In this document: positions 35,350 to 45,548 of the stretch, piece by piece
Numbering within the stretch: position 1 is the first letter of the stretch
Layout: each line of letters starts with the position of its first letter
Source: a virus
Reading direction: 5' to 3' (one strand)
Length of the DNA stretch: 64,000 bases
Virus record (IMG/VR): IMGVR_UViG_3300035070_003385
Location: 32,001 to 96,000 of that record
The notes under the pieces: generated by a model
Database searches by the model: none
What the model was told of the DNA's origin: nothing
Seen by the model: only the letters and a program-made list of their open reading frames with translations
Made by a program: the position numbers and the translations under genes

Positions 35350-37062
35350 TTAAGTAGCAATTTGACTAAAGTTTTTAATTTTTTCAAATCTAACGTGTGA
35401 TTCAAACTTTTCGCTAAATTGATCACCACGATGGGAAATGACAAAAATATTATCGTTACTATTTAAATTATGCAAAGTATCAATTAAGTTTTCAACTCCA
35501 GTTGCATCCATTGCGCCATCAAGAGTTTCGTCAAGAATGAGTAAGTTTGTTGAAACAGAATTGCGTAGCTTAGCGACAGCACGCCAAGACATCATAATTG
35601 AAAGAGTAATCCGAAGCTTTTCACCTTCTGAAAACGAAGAATACGAAAAGGCATCACGAAAACGAGATTTAATTATTTCATTAAAATTTTCGTCGAGATG
35701 GAAGTCAACAAACAGTTCAAACGCGGACAGGTATTTGTTAATGAGTTTATTCATAACTGGAATGTATTGTTTAATGATTCGCGTTTTAATGCCACCATCT
35801 TTTAGCATTGTGTTTACTACATTTAATGTTTCTTTTTTATCAAATAATTCATTTTGCTCGGACTGTAATAGTTTAAGGTTTGTATTATAATCATCAAGTT
35901 TACTTGTGTCAACCTCTTCAACTTCTTTTTCTGCATCGTCAAGTTCTTTTTTATACGACTTGAGAGCATTTATTGACATTTTAATCTGTGCGCGATGTTC
36001 GCCAATCGTAAGATTGTTTTCCTGGATTTGGTCCTCGACCAAAGAAATATCTTCTATTCTTGTTTCATATTCTTTTATCTTTTCCGATAATTTTACTATA
36101 CCATCCTTGATTTCCTTTACCTTTTTACTCTTTTCGGTAACAACGTTTTCTTTGAAATCGTGGTCGATGCCTTGCTTACATGTAGGACAATTATCGTTAT
36201 CATGGTAAAAGCTTAAATCTTTTTGATACGTTTTTATGTCATTTTCTAATTCACGCTGTAAACCTTTTGCATTTTCAAGACGTTTTTTAATTGTTTGTTT
36301 GTCAGATATAGTTTCAATAAGATTTTTAATTACTACTTCGACTTCTTCAATTTCTTCTTTTTCTATTTCTATTTTTTCAAGATGTTGTTGAATTTTTTCT
36401 TTAATCTTAACAACTTCTGTTTTTTTAATTTTTAAAATAGAATCATTATGTTCTTTTGCACTTTCAATCTTTGAATTAATAATATCTATATGATAATTAT
36501 TTTCAGTTATAGATTCTTTATTTGTTGAAACTTTATCTTTCAACAAATTATTCATTGTACTAAAAACTTGAATGTCAAGCAGATCTTCAATTATTTCACG
36601 ACGAGAGTGCGCTGGAAGCTCCATAAAAGGCACATATGTAGCACTACCTAATACCACAATTTGATTAAACGACTTATAGTTTAGGCCGAGAATGTTTTGT
36701 TCCAAATACGATTGGTAATCTCTTGATGCGGCATCTTGGTCGACTAATTCTCCGTCACGATAAATTTCAAAGATATTTGGCTTAATCCCACGGCGAATTA
36801 AATATTCGTTTCCTGAAACTAAAAATTCAATTTCAACAACAGCATCCTTTTGGTTAATAGAGTTTATTAGCTGCGGCTTATTTACTTTACGAAAAGGTTT
36901 TCCATATAAAGCAAAGGTAATGGCATCAAGCATTGTACTCTTGCCACTTCCATTAGATCCACTTACTAAAGTAGTTTTGCTTTTATTTAAATTAATTTCA
37001 GTAAATACATTACCAGTCGATAGCACATTTTTATAGCGCACTTTTTTAAATTGTATTTGCAT
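35350..37062 (-). CDS. gp46: Recombination endonuclease ATPase subunit gp46
   Basis: GSNGSGKST, CPTCKQ hook, FSEGEK, LILDE. Confidence 0.96.
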   Translation of the reverse strand: MQIQFKKVRYKNVLSTGNVFTEINLNKSKTTLVSGSNGSGKSTMLDAITFALYGKPFRKVNKPQLINSINQKDAVVEIEFLVSGNEYLIRRGIKPNIFEIYRDGELVDQDAASRDYQSYLEQNILGLNYKSFNQIVVLGSATYVPFMELPAHSRREIIEDLLDIQVFSTMNNLLKDKVSTNKESITENNYHIDIINSKIESAKEHNDSILKIKKTEVVKIKEKIQQHLEKIEIEKEEIEEVEVVIKNLIETISDKQTIKKRLENAKGLQRELENDIKTYQKDLSFYHDNDNCPTCKQGIDHDFKENVVTEKSKKVKEIKDGIVKLSEKIKEYETRIEDISLVEDQIQENNLTIGEHRAQIKMSINALKSYKKELDDAEKEVEEVDTSKLDDYNTNLKLLQSEQNELFDKKETLNVVNTMLKDGGIKTRIIKQYIPVMNKLINKYLSAFELFVDFHLDENFNEIIKSRFRDAFSYSSFSEGEKLRITLSIMMSWRAVAKLRNSVSTNLLILDETLDGAMDATGVENLIDTLHNLNSNDNIFVISHRGDQFSEKFESHVRFEKIKNFSQIAT

Positions 37063-38123
37063 TATAAATTCATTGCCTCTACATAAAGTTCATCAATAAC
37101 TTTTTTGATTTTTTTCTTTTCTACTGTCGTTTCGATAGAATCAATATATGCGTGTAGAATATCTTTTGTTTCCTGAGTTTCATCAAGAATTTCATCTACA
37201 CCAGAAGACTCCAAGTTGAGAGTATCATCGATAGATTTTACATCGGCCGCGCCGCTGTCTGCTATTTTATTTAAAAATGTATCATACAAATATCCATTTG
37301 TTCTATTTTTTACAATTACCTTTACATATGTATTTTTTAATACATCAGTATTAATATTTGCGATATCCTCAATAGTCATATTTTCATCATCATATTCAAT
37401 TTTATGGAATATACGATTAGGGTTTTTTATAAATTCAATATCTCGAGTTTCCGTGTCAAACACATGAAAACCACGTCGGCCGTTATAATCAGTCCACGTC
37501 ATTTCATATTGAGCTCCAAGGTATTTAATATTGCTATATTCTGAAGGGTGGTGGAAATGGCCAGAATATACAGCTTCAAATCCAGAAAATATATCTTTCT
37601 TTAAACCATGATCACAAAGCATACCTTTCATCATTTCAAAACCTTCAATTTCAAAATGGCCTAAAAGAATATTTGCGTCTGAAGAACTAATGGCGGCATG
37701 ACATTCTTCGCGATTATCTTTAGTAATCCATGGTACCATCATAAATTTAGTAGAACCAAATGATAATTCCACAGGTTCACGGTCGTATATGTGAAAATTA
37801 TCATATTCCTGTAATAACAAAGACATAGAATTTACTTCGTTTGTATTTGTAAAATAAACACTATGATTACCAACAACTGCGTGATATTCGATATTGCGAG
37901 ACGCTAACTGGCTAAAGAAAAACTCTTTTGCTCTTTTTAATGTAACATAATTAATATACTTACGTCTATCAAACGTATCACCAAGATCCATTACAATTGT
38001 AATTTTATTATCATCTAAGTAAGGAAAAAACACTTCCGCAAAAAACTTTTCTTGATGATCCAAAAATATTTTGCTATCACCTCTACAACCAAAGTGATTA
38101 TCATTAATAAAAGCAATCTTCAT
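37062..38123 (-). CDS. gp47: Recombination endonuclease nuclease subunit gp47
   Basis: DNHFG, GDTFDRRK, GNH, GHFH. Confidence 0.96.
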   Translation of the reverse strand: MKIAFINDNHFGCRGDSKIFLDHQEKFFAEVFFPYLDDNKITIVMDLGDTFDRRKYINYVTLKRAKEFFFSQLASRNIEYHAVVGNHSVYFTNTNEVNSMSLLLQEYDNFHIYDREPVELSFGSTKFMMVPWITKDNREECHAAISSSDANILLGHFEIEGFEMMKGMLCDHGLKKDIFSGFEAVYSGHFHHPSEYSNIKYLGAQYEMTWTDYNGRRGFHVFDTETRDIEFIKNPNRIFHKIEYDDENMTIEDIANINTDVLKNTYVKVIVKNRTNGYLYDTFLNKIADSGAADVKSIDDTLNLESSGVDEILDETQETKDILHAYIDSIETTVEKKKIKKVIDELYVEAMNL

Positions 38124-38680
38124 TTATCGTCGTCTTCCTTCTTAACTTCAACTTCGATTGTTTCTACGACTTCTTTCGGTTGCTTTGGAATTTTACTCTT
38201 CGCTAGCTTTTCCTCATAGTCACTAACAAAGTGATTTATATAATCTGCGTTTGTATTTAAATGCAATTGAACTTCGTTTGATTCATATGTAGCGCCTTGT
38301 GCAACCATATTATGAGATGATTTAAAACGAATATACATTTGCTTTTTTTCTTTTTGAATACGGCGCAAAAATGCGTACCAAATAATCTGTGTAAAATACG
38401 CAAACGGGTTTGATGATTTGTTATGATCAAAATTACCAATGTATAAAAGACAGTTTTCAATACCATCCATAATCATATCTTCTTTATAGGTGTATCCTGA
38501 AAAGTTTGGTTTTGTTGCTAAACGATTTGCAATTTTAAAAATACATTCACCGATATAATTTGGTACAGTAGGCAAATCATCACCTTGGTCTTCTGCCTCT
38601 TGACATTTTTTCTTATACTCAATAAGAGCATCTAGCAAATCTTTATTATTTACATAATTTCTTTTTACCCGGCGAGCCAT
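38120..38680 (-). CDS. gp55: Late-transcription sigma factor gp55
   Basis: YVNNKDLL...YIGECIFKIANRLA.KPNFSGYTYKEDMI.DGIE...PFAYFTQI. Confidence 0.96.
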   Translation of the reverse strand: MARRVKRNYVNNKDLLDALIEYKKKCQEAEDQGDDLPTVPNYIGECIFKIANRLATKPNFSGYTYKEDMIMDGIENCLLYIGNFDHNKSSNPFAYFTQIIWYAFLRRIQKEKKQMYIRFKSSHNMVAQGATYESNEVQLHLNTNADYINHFVSDYEEKLAKSKIPKQPKEVVETIEVEVKKEDDDK

Positions 38681-38783
38681 GATACTACTCCTTTATATCT
38701 TTGTTATATACATTTTATATTAGAATTTGAAAAATGTCAACTGTTAATTTGAAAAATATTTTCATCAACTGTGCATTTTTCTA

Positions 38784-38811
38784 TTGACATTTTCAAAATA
38801 ATGAGTATAAT
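38784..38811 (+). promoter_or_regulatory. sigma70-like promoter with no downstream + strand gene
   Basis: TTGACA-16-TATAAT facing antisense into uvsW. Confidence 0.55.
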
Positions 38812-38841
38812 AGAATTATTAATTCTGGGAGTTGTGGTATA

Positions 38842-40338
38842 CTATTCTAATGGTATGGTGTATATTTTAAATGGAAAATGTTCTTCTGAGTATATTTCTA
38901 TACGTCTCTTAAAGTGATTAAGAGTATAGTTTGTAAATGCTCCTACAGAAAGGTCATCTGCAATATCATACAGAGTAGCTTTATTTGAGTCATCAGCTTT
39001 ACGTAATGTTCTACCAATTGATTGGAGTACTTTAATTTCAGATTTAGATCCAGATGCAAATATAACATTATCTAATCTTTTAATATTTACACCTGTTGAA
39101 AACACTCCGTATGATGCCAATATGTCATGTTGTTTGATAGGGTCATTTTCGACAAGGTGGCGAATGTTTTCGCGTTCATTACCTTTTACGCCACCATATA
39201 CAAAATGTAATTGACGATCGTCTCTCCGAAGGAGTGGCTCTAATACCTTACCGTGTTTTTCAACAAGATCGAACAAAATAAGATTATTTTGTCCTTTTAA
39301 AGACCATACAAGATTGCGAATAAAAATATTTCTTTTTTCGTGGTTAATAAGATATTCTCTTTCAGCAGGATATCTTTTTTGTTTAACTTGAATAGAATTA
39401 AAAGCTTTACGGAAATCTTTTCGTTTATTTTCAGGATGAGAAAGTACTATAGCTTTTACTTGAAAGTTTGCTACGGTACCTTCTTCAATAAGATCCTTTG
39501 TTTTTACAAATCTTTTAACTTGACCAAAACAACCTTCGAGAATAAGCTGATGAGTCTTTGACTCTCCTGACTTTAGAGTACCAGTAAATCCGTGGCGATA
39601 TTCGCATTCAGTTAACTTTTCCATAATCGTAGTCAAAGACTTTGCTTGGAACAAGTGAGCTTCATCACCTAGTGCTACTCTAAATTGGTCAAACCATTCC
39701 TTTGGTTGTTTAATTAAAGACTGCCACGTACTGATTACGATTGGCGCAGATGTATTCTTATCTATCCCACCCTGGATCTTATATATCATAGAAGGATCGC
39801 AACCATAGTCCGCAAAGTCACCTGCCATCTGATGGACGAGCGAAATTGTTGGGACAATGATAAGAGTCCTATGGCCAAACGCTTGATAATAGTGCTGCTG
39901 AATTAGGTAAATAATAAGTGACTTGCCAGAAGAAGTTGGAGACAGAGAAAGTGAACGGTTATTTTTAATTGCACTTACAACATATTCGTTTTGATAATCG
40001 CGAGGAGTAAACTTACAGTTTATTTCTTTTGCAATTTCGTAACCATAGTCTTCAGGTACTTTATTATCTACGATTAATTCATCTGATATTGAAAGATCAT
40101 ACTCACGCTCTTCGCAGAATTTTTTTAAGTATGGAAGGAGACCGACGTATAGAACAGGTCTCATTGGCTGGTAAATACGAATATAACCATCCCAGACTCT
40201 TGCTTTGAATTTGGGACTGAACTGATATCCATCCGGCCGAAAGGAAAAATAATTCATTATTTCCTGACGTGTACCAGGGTCAGCAGTTACTTTCATGTGA
40301 ACGGCGTTAATATATTCTACTGTTACCACGTCTGTCAT
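38842..40338 (-). CDS. uvsW: SF2 helicase UvsW
   Basis: PRDYQ, SPTSSGKS, DEAH, TGT, QSIGRTLR; start placed at 40338. Confidence 0.95.
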   Translation of the reverse strand: MTDVVTVEYINAVHMKVTADPGTRQEIMNYFSFRPDGYQFSPKFKARVWDGYIRIYQPMRPVLYVGLLPYLKKFCEEREYDLSISDELIVDNKVPEDYGYEIAKEINCKFTPRDYQNEYVVSAIKNNRSLSLSPTSSGKSLIIYLIQQHYYQAFGHRTLIIVPTISLVHQMAGDFADYGCDPSMIYKIQGGIDKNTSAPIVISTWQSLIKQPKEWFDQFRVALGDEAHLFQAKSLTTIMEKLTECEYRHGFTGTLKSGESKTHQLILEGCFGQVKRFVKTKDLIEEGTVANFQVKAIVLSHPENKRKDFRKAFNSIQVKQKRYPAEREYLINHEKRNIFIRNLVWSLKGQNNLILFDLVEKHGKVLEPLLRRDDRQLHFVYGGVKGNERENIRHLVENDPIKQHDILASYGVFSTGVNIKRLDNVIFASGSKSEIKVLQSIGRTLRKADDSNKATLYDIADDLSVGAFTNYTLNHFKRRIEIYSEEHFPFKIYTIPLE

Positions 40339-40355
40339 TATATACCTACTTATTA

Positions 40356-40805
40356 TTATCCGCCAGCCTGGAAGCGAGCCCAATCTATCATATTCTTAAC
40401 TATGAAGTTCCTATTATTTATCTGTCTAACAATACTTTCCAAATACTTTGCTCTTTCCTCGTGTAATGCTATTTTTAAGCTAAGTTGTATTATTTCACTA
40501 TCGCTCTGAACATAACGGTCTAAATCACCACGAAGAACTTTAAGCTGAAAGGGTTTCCATCCCCTATCTTTAAGATCCAACTCGTCCATTGTTCCATTAT
40601 AATAGTCTGACTTTATTTTTTCAAATTCAAGCAAGTCAGCTTTTAGCTTTTTTACCTTTAGAGCTTCGCGGTAAAAAAGGTTATAGTACTTATTATGAAG
40701 CTCAGGAATGCGTGAAGATTCACGAGACAAGTTAGTTTCGTCAATCTTACAATCCTGAGCCCATAGATGATTTATTTCATCAATATCCATATCGCGCATC
40801 TCCAT
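40356..40805 (-). CDS. uvsY: Recombination mediator UvsY
   Basis: DCKIDETNL..ES..IP.LH.KY...YLE......I..RNF..KN.IDW.RFQAG. Confidence 0.9.
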   Translation of the reverse strand: MEMRDMDIDEINHLWAQDCKIDETNLSRESSRIPELHNKYYNLFYREALKVKKLKADLLEFEKIKSDYYNGTMDELDLKDRGWKPFQLKVLRGDLDRYVQSDSEIIQLSLKIALHEERAKYLESIVRQINNRNFIVKNMIDWARFQAGG

Positions 40806-40848
40806 TATGTAGTATATAGTACAAATATATCACAGAAGTGAGTAAATG

Positions 40849-41325
40849 TCAACCGTTCTGTTTAGCAACTTGCTTTTCATATTCGGCTCTATCGACGATT
40901 CCTTCATTAAGTAATTTTTGACGGTTAACTTCGTGAGCTGCCTGGGTTTCTTCTTTTGACCCGCCAAAATATGGAACAGCGTGTCCTTCTTCAATAAGTA
41001 TTTCAGTTAAACGCTTATCTGCTCCATTGTAATTTTCAATAATAAAATCGCCAAGTACTCGTCCAAACTTGCCTTTCATATCTTCGCCATTTTTACTTAC
41101 TTCAGTTTTAAGAATAACATCTCCAGAAAGAAGTTCTTTTACTCTTGCCTTTGCGGCTTCCCCAAACAAGTCTTCAACTTTATCTGAAGTTCTAGATTCT
41201 GGAGTATCAATACCCATAATGCGTACTCTTTCGTCCGCAAGTACTACTCCGAATCCTAATTCTATGTCAACATCTACGGTGTCCCCATCAATTACTTTAT
41301 TAACGGTGCATCTATATTCGTACAT
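40849..41325 (-). CDS. Thermonuclease (SNase-like) family protein
   Basis: VIDGDTVDV...RVRIMGIDTPESR...KFGRVLG. Confidence 0.85.
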   Translation of the reverse strand: MYEYRCTVNKVIDGDTVDVDIELGFGVVLADERVRIMGIDTPESRTSDKVEDLFGEAAKARVKELLSGDVILKTEVSKNGEDMKGKFGRVLGDFIIENYNGADKRLTEILIEEGHAVPYFGGSKEETQAAHEVNRQKLLNEGIVDRAEYEKQVAKQNG

Positions 41326-41336
41326 TTATTATTTCC

Positions 41337-41822
41337 TTATAGTTGTGTGATTTTAAAATCTCTAAACGTAAAACTTACCGTTGCTTGCGGGTACGTGACA
41401 TCGGTTTGAGTTGTATCAAGAGTTATATCAGATAGGTTTGTTGGAAAACAATCTCTAAATTCTATGTTTATGTTTGGGTTTTTGTGGCTGTTCATAATCA
41501 CAAGCGAAATATCTGTAAGAATTCCGTATTCACCATCTTTTATTCTGTCAAATTGTTCAAATTCTTCATTAAAGGTCATATCTTTTAACCAATTATAAAC
41601 TTCTATATAATTATTCATTGATTCATCAACTATAAATGATAAAGGCAATTCACCATAAGTTAAACGATCTCCAGGAACTGGTACAATTTTAAAAGGCGTA
41701 TTTTGATCTACCTGTGCAATCGAAACAGATGGGATTGTTACAGACTGAGTAAAAAATTCTACTTGCGGCAACCTTCTTACAGTTACTACAAATTCTAATG
41801 GCGATAAAAAATTAGTTATCAT
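41337..41822 (-). CDS. gp3: Tail completion/sheath stabilizer gp3-like
   Basis: NFLSP..F...VEFF.QSV.IP...PGD.L.YG.L...FIVDE.M.NY.E.Y.W; TATAAATA at 41864-41871 (-). Confidence 0.8.
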   Translation of the reverse strand: MITNFLSPLEFVVTVRRLPQVEFFTQSVTIPSVSIAQVDQNTPFKIVPVPGDRLTYGELPLSFIVDESMNNYIEVYNWLKDMTFNEEFEQFDRIKDGEYGILTDISLVIMNSHKNPNINIEFRDCFPTNLSDITLDTTQTDVTYPQATVSFTFRDFKITQL

Positions 41823-41911
41823 CGTTTTTCCTATTTACATTTATATAAAAGTGTTATATAATCTATTTATATAAATGCAATACAGAATTAATATAAATAA
41901 GATTACAAGTC

Positions 41912-42103
41912 GTGGTGTTTACTCGTATGGTAAAAAGAAAAAATAAAAATCCTCCTATAATTCTCAATCCGTGTATAAGTGTATGTATTATTAAAAATAA
42001 TTCATGTATAGGATGTAAGAGGACCCAAAAGGAAATTTCTGAATGGTTTTGGATGGAAGACAGCACGAAGCAAAAAATAATGATGTCCTTGAAAAAAAGA
42101 TAA
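41912..42103 (+). CDS. DUF1289-like small Cys protein
   Basis: PCISVC...CIGCKRT..EI.EW. Confidence 0.7.
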   Translation: MVFTRMVKRKNKNPPIILNPCISVCIIKNNSCIGCKRTQKEISEWFWMEDSTKQKIMMSLKKR

Positions 42104-42164
42104 TGTTATTGGGTATGCAAGATCCGTGTGATGATTGTACTCATTGGGTAGGAAAAATATAGAT

Positions 42165-42866
42165 ATGAAAAAATATATATTTGATGTTGATGGCACTTTA
42201 ACTCCAAGCCGAGAAAAAATGAACAAAAATTTTGCGATTTGGTTTAGTGTTTTTTGTCAATCACATCATGTTTATTTAGTTACAGGAAGTGATCGCGCTA
42301 AAACTATTGAACAGATTGGTGAATTTATTTTTTTTAATTGTAAACGAGTTTATAATTGTTCCGGCAATGATGTTTACCAAGGCGACCGCAACATAAGAAC
42401 TTCCGAGTGGAAATTACCCAACGATCTTAAATCAAATTTAAATTTATGGCTTAATAAAAGCAAATTTCCTATACGAGCTGGACAACACATAGAAGAAAGA
42501 CCTGGTTCAATTAATTTTAGTATTGTTGGCCGCGGTGCTTCCCAGGAAGAAAGATCGCAGTATGTAAAATGGGATCTAAAAACAAATGAACGTATAAAAA
42601 TATCAAAAAAAATTAATATTCTTTTTCCAAATATAACTGCAAGTGTTGGCGGAGAAACAGGTCTAGATATTTACCCAAAGGGAAATGACAAATCCCAAAT
42701 ACTCAAAGATTTTTCAAGTAAAGATGTTATATATTTCTTCGGTGATAAAATGGATAAAGATGGAAACGATTACCCATTAGCTAAAGAATTGAAACACCCA
42801 AGTAAATCTTTTTGTGTAGATAATTGGGAACATACATTTAAAATTTTAAAGGAGCTTAAAGATTGA
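42165..42866 (+). CDS. HAD-IIB phosphomannomutase-like protein
   Basis: FDVDGTLTPSR, IE.R...INFSIVGR, FFGDK..KDGNDYP. Confidence 0.85.
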   Translation: MKKYIFDVDGTLTPSREKMNKNFAIWFSVFCQSHHVYLVTGSDRAKTIEQIGEFIFFNCKRVYNCSGNDVYQGDRNIRTSEWKLPNDLKSNLNLWLNKSKFPIRAGQHIEERPGSINFSIVGRGASQEERSQYVKWDLKTNERIKISKKINILFPNITASVGGETGLDIYPKGNDKSQILKDFSSKDVIYFFGDKMDKDGNDYPLAKELKHPSKSFCVDNWEHTFKILKELKD

Positions 42867-43279
42867 AAACTGGTATTGTAGCATCATCATTTGATTTACT
42901 ACATTCAGGACATATTATGATGTTAAGAGAAGCAAAGACAAAATGTGATCATTTAATTTGTGCTCTTCAAATAGATCCTAGTGTGGACCGAGATGAAAAA
43001 AATTCACCAATACAAACTATTGTTGAAAGATATACACAACTGAGTGCAGTAAAATATGTTGACGAAATTTTAGTATATCAAACAGAAAAAGATCTTGAAG
43101 ATATATTAGAATTGTATCCAATAGATGTTCGTATATTAGGTGAAGAATATAAAGATAAAGATTTTACAGGGCGTGAAATTTGTAAACGTTTAGGCATTTA
43201 CATTTATTTTAACAAACGAAATCATAGATTTAGCTCCAGCGGTTTAAGAAAAAGAGTTGCGATAAGAGAAACTGTTTGA
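42863..43279 (+). CDS. Cytidylyltransferase (TagD/glycerol-3-phosphate CT-like)
   Basis: FDLLHSGH (HxGH), VKYVDE, FSSS. Confidence 0.85.
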   Translation: MKTGIVASSFDLLHSGHIMMLREAKTKCDHLICALQIDPSVDRDEKNSPIQTIVERYTQLSAVKYVDEILVYQTEKDLEDILELYPIDVRILGEEYKDKDFTGREICKRLGIYIYFNKRNHRFSSSGLRKRVAIRETV

Positions 43280-43335
43280 CATTATAATAGAATTAATATA
43301 GAATAAAATATCTAAATATTAAAAGGCGAGAAATT

Positions 43336-43968
43336 ATGATTCAATTACAGGGAAAACTCCCACGTAATATTAACGTAGCATGTTCAGGGGGTGTAGACTC
43401 GATGGCCGCTGTAGATTTTTTGAGAAGAAATCATAATGTAAATCTTATGTTTTTTGACCACGGCACTGAGACGTCGGCTGATGCTTTAGAATTTTTACGT
43501 GAATATGTTAATGAAAGGAATAGTGTTTTTAGTGAAACACCAACAGCAACATCTATGACATTAAGCATAGGGCAAATTTGTAATAAAAGAAAAAACAGAG
43601 AGTCAGAAGAAGAATATTGGAGAAACGAAAGATATAATTTCTTTTTTCAAGAATCCTCGCCAGTTATAACATGCCACCACCTAGATGATTGCTTAGAAAC
43701 ATGGATTTGGTCTAGTTTACACGGCGAAGGAAAAATCATTCCATATTCAAACAGAAATGTAATTCGACCGTTTCGATTAAATAAAAAGGCAGAATTGGTA
43801 AATTGGTGTAGGCGCAATAGTGTACCATGGATCGAGGATACGTCAAATGAAGATACAACATATATGAGAAACTTTATACGACACGAAATTATGCAAAAGG
43901 CGCTGATTGTAAATCCCGGGTTACATAAAGTAATTTCTAAAAAAATCAACAAAGATTATAATATTTAA
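43336..43968 (+). CDS. tilS: tRNA(Ile)-lysidine synthetase-like PP-loop protein (catalytic domain only)
   Basis: ACSGGVDS, RNERY, HHLDD..ET, IRP, W.EDTSN......RNFIRH. Confidence 0.8.
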   Translation: MIQLQGKLPRNINVACSGGVDSMAAVDFLRRNHNVNLMFFDHGTETSADALEFLREYVNERNSVFSETPTATSMTLSIGQICNKRKNRESEEEYWRNERYNFFFQESSPVITCHHLDDCLETWIWSSLHGEGKIIPYSNRNVIRPFRLNKKAELVNWCRRNSVPWIEDTSNEDTTYMRNFIRHEIMQKALIVNPGLHKVISKKINKDYNI

Positions 43969-44021
43969 CCTTTTAAGATATCTTTATTATTATAAATAAA
44001 ACTAAACAGAGTCCAAGATGG

Positions 44022-44909
44022 GTGCAAAAAATGAATAAAAACGAATCAGTTTCAGGTACGTTAAATTATATTGACGACATGACGAATAAAAGAGCGCAGC
44101 GCAAATCTCCTAATATAGTACCACAAAAAAATTCTGTACAAGTTAAAAAAATACAAGCTCCTAGGAATGAATCGATTTCTGCTGCAGAGCCGCATTTAAA
44201 ACAATTTGCTGGTATGCTTAGCGAAGAATTGGCGAATGTAAAAAAATTAAGAGTAGAAGAATTGGAAAAGATTCGTCAAGAAGAATTGGAAAAGATTCGC
44301 TTTGAATATGCTGAAAAAATACGTTTAGAAGAAGAAGCAAAAATACACCAAGAAAAAGAGCGTGAAAGAATTCGTGCCCAGTTGGCTGAGCAAGCTTTTA
44401 TGGAAAAAGAGCGTGAAAGAATTCGTGCAGAATTGCTAGCTGAATTTAAACATACACCACAGCCAGTTTATGAAAACGCACAATATGACTCGTTAAATTT
44501 TGAAAATGTGGAAACAATTGATTTAACCGAAGAACCTATAATAGAAGAAGCAATAAAACAAAACAATATACATGAAGATTATTTAGCAAAACAAAATAAT
44601 TTAGACGAATCGCTATTGATGTTTTCCAATAAAAAACTTGCTAAAACTCAAGTCAATGAGCAAACCGATTTTGTAACATTTGAGGATTTGCAAAAACACT
44701 ATTCAGATTTTATTAACAAAATTAATACACAACTAAGTACTTTAGGTGGAGGCGGTGAAGTTGTTATGCGCGGCCTTGATGATTTGGACATGTCAACTTT
44801 CCAAGATGGTGATTTCGTATCATATGACGCAACTACTGGAAAATTTATCGGTGGTTCAATTACACCAGAAGGTGTAGAAGGCGGTGTTCTTGAAGGTGGC
44901 ACTTATTAA
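44022..44909 (+). CDS. Late coiled-coil protein with internal repeats
   Basis: TATAAATA at 43991; EELEKIR x2 and EKERERIRA x2 repeats. Confidence 0.7.
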   Translation: MQKMNKNESVSGTLNYIDDMTNKRAQRKSPNIVPQKNSVQVKKIQAPRNESISAAEPHLKQFAGMLSEELANVKKLRVEELEKIRQEELEKIRFEYAEKIRLEEEAKIHQEKERERIRAQLAEQAFMEKERERIRAELLAEFKHTPQPVYENAQYDSLNFENVETIDLTEEPIIEEAIKQNNIHEDYLAKQNNLDESLLMFSNKKLAKTQVNEQTDFVTFEDLQKHYSDFINKINTQLSTLGGGGEVVMRGLDDLDMSTFQDGDFVSYDATTGKFIGGSITPEGVEGGVLEGGTY

Positions 44910-44933
44910 AAAATAAAAAAATTATTAATTAAT

Positions 44934-44958
44934 AAAGCCTCGCCTTGCGAGGCTTTTT
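44934..44958 (+). terminator. Rho-independent terminator
   Basis: AAAGCCTCGC-ctt-GCGAGGCTTTTT. Confidence 0.8.
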
Positions 44959-45032
44959 ATATAAATATATCATGAACTGAAAAATACTTTTATAATGAAT
45001 ATACAATGTTATATAAATTATAGGAGGTAAAC

Positions 45033-45413
45033 ATGGCTAAAGATAAAGCTAAAACGCTATCTGCAGATTCAATATATGCTCATTTGGATACAGACGGAGA
45101 TGGTGTAATTACAGATGAAGAAATGGCCCGGGCGAAAGAAATCGCTGAATTTGAGCATAGAAAGAAACTTCAAGAAAACGAAGATGCTAAAGAAGATCAA
45201 ATTCGAGCAATGGCGTGGTTTGCACTTTGGGGAATGCTTCTTTATCCAGTTCTTATTTTAATTACGAGTGTAATTGGAATTGACGATGCTGCTTCAATTA
45301 TTGGTGATATTGCGCCAACATATTTTGTAGCAATTGCTGGACTTGTTGCTGCGTTCTTTGGAGCACAAGCATACTCAAAAGGTAAGTCTTCAAGTTCTGA
45401 TGACGACTATTAA
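45033..45413 (+). CDS. EF-hand-containing membrane protein
   Basis: DTDGDGVITDEE EF-hand plus two TM helices; late promoter at 44960-44967. Confidence 0.75.
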   Translation: MAKDKAKTLSADSIYAHLDTDGDGVITDEEMARAKEIAEFEHRKKLQENEDAKEDQIRAMAWFALWGMLLYPVLILITSVIGIDDAASIIGDIAPTYFVAIAGLVAAFFGAQAYSKGKSSSSDDDY

Positions 45414-45460
45414 ATAAAAATACATTCTATATTGATTTTGTGCAAATGATTTTTTTTTTG

Positions 45461-45489
45461 TTGACATTTGCATAGAATCAGTATAGATT
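45461..45489 (+). promoter_or_regulatory. Early promoter with GAATCAG spacer motif
   Basis: TTGACA-tttgcataGAATCAgta-TAGATT. Confidence 0.7.
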
Positions 45490-45548
45490 TATATTAATAA
45501 AGTTTAAATCATGAGAATGCACAAGAGTATTCATATTGGGAGTATACG

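Noticed and set aside
38120-38160. gp55 lacks the C-terminal clamp-binding tail found in T4
   Set aside because: Many non-coliphage gp55 proteins appear to lack it as well, so it is not distinctive on its own
44255-44428. Two pairs of 21-26-nt direct repeats
   Set aside because: Intragenic duplications encoding coiled-coil EELEKIR and EKERERIRA; no sign of a regulatory or mobile role
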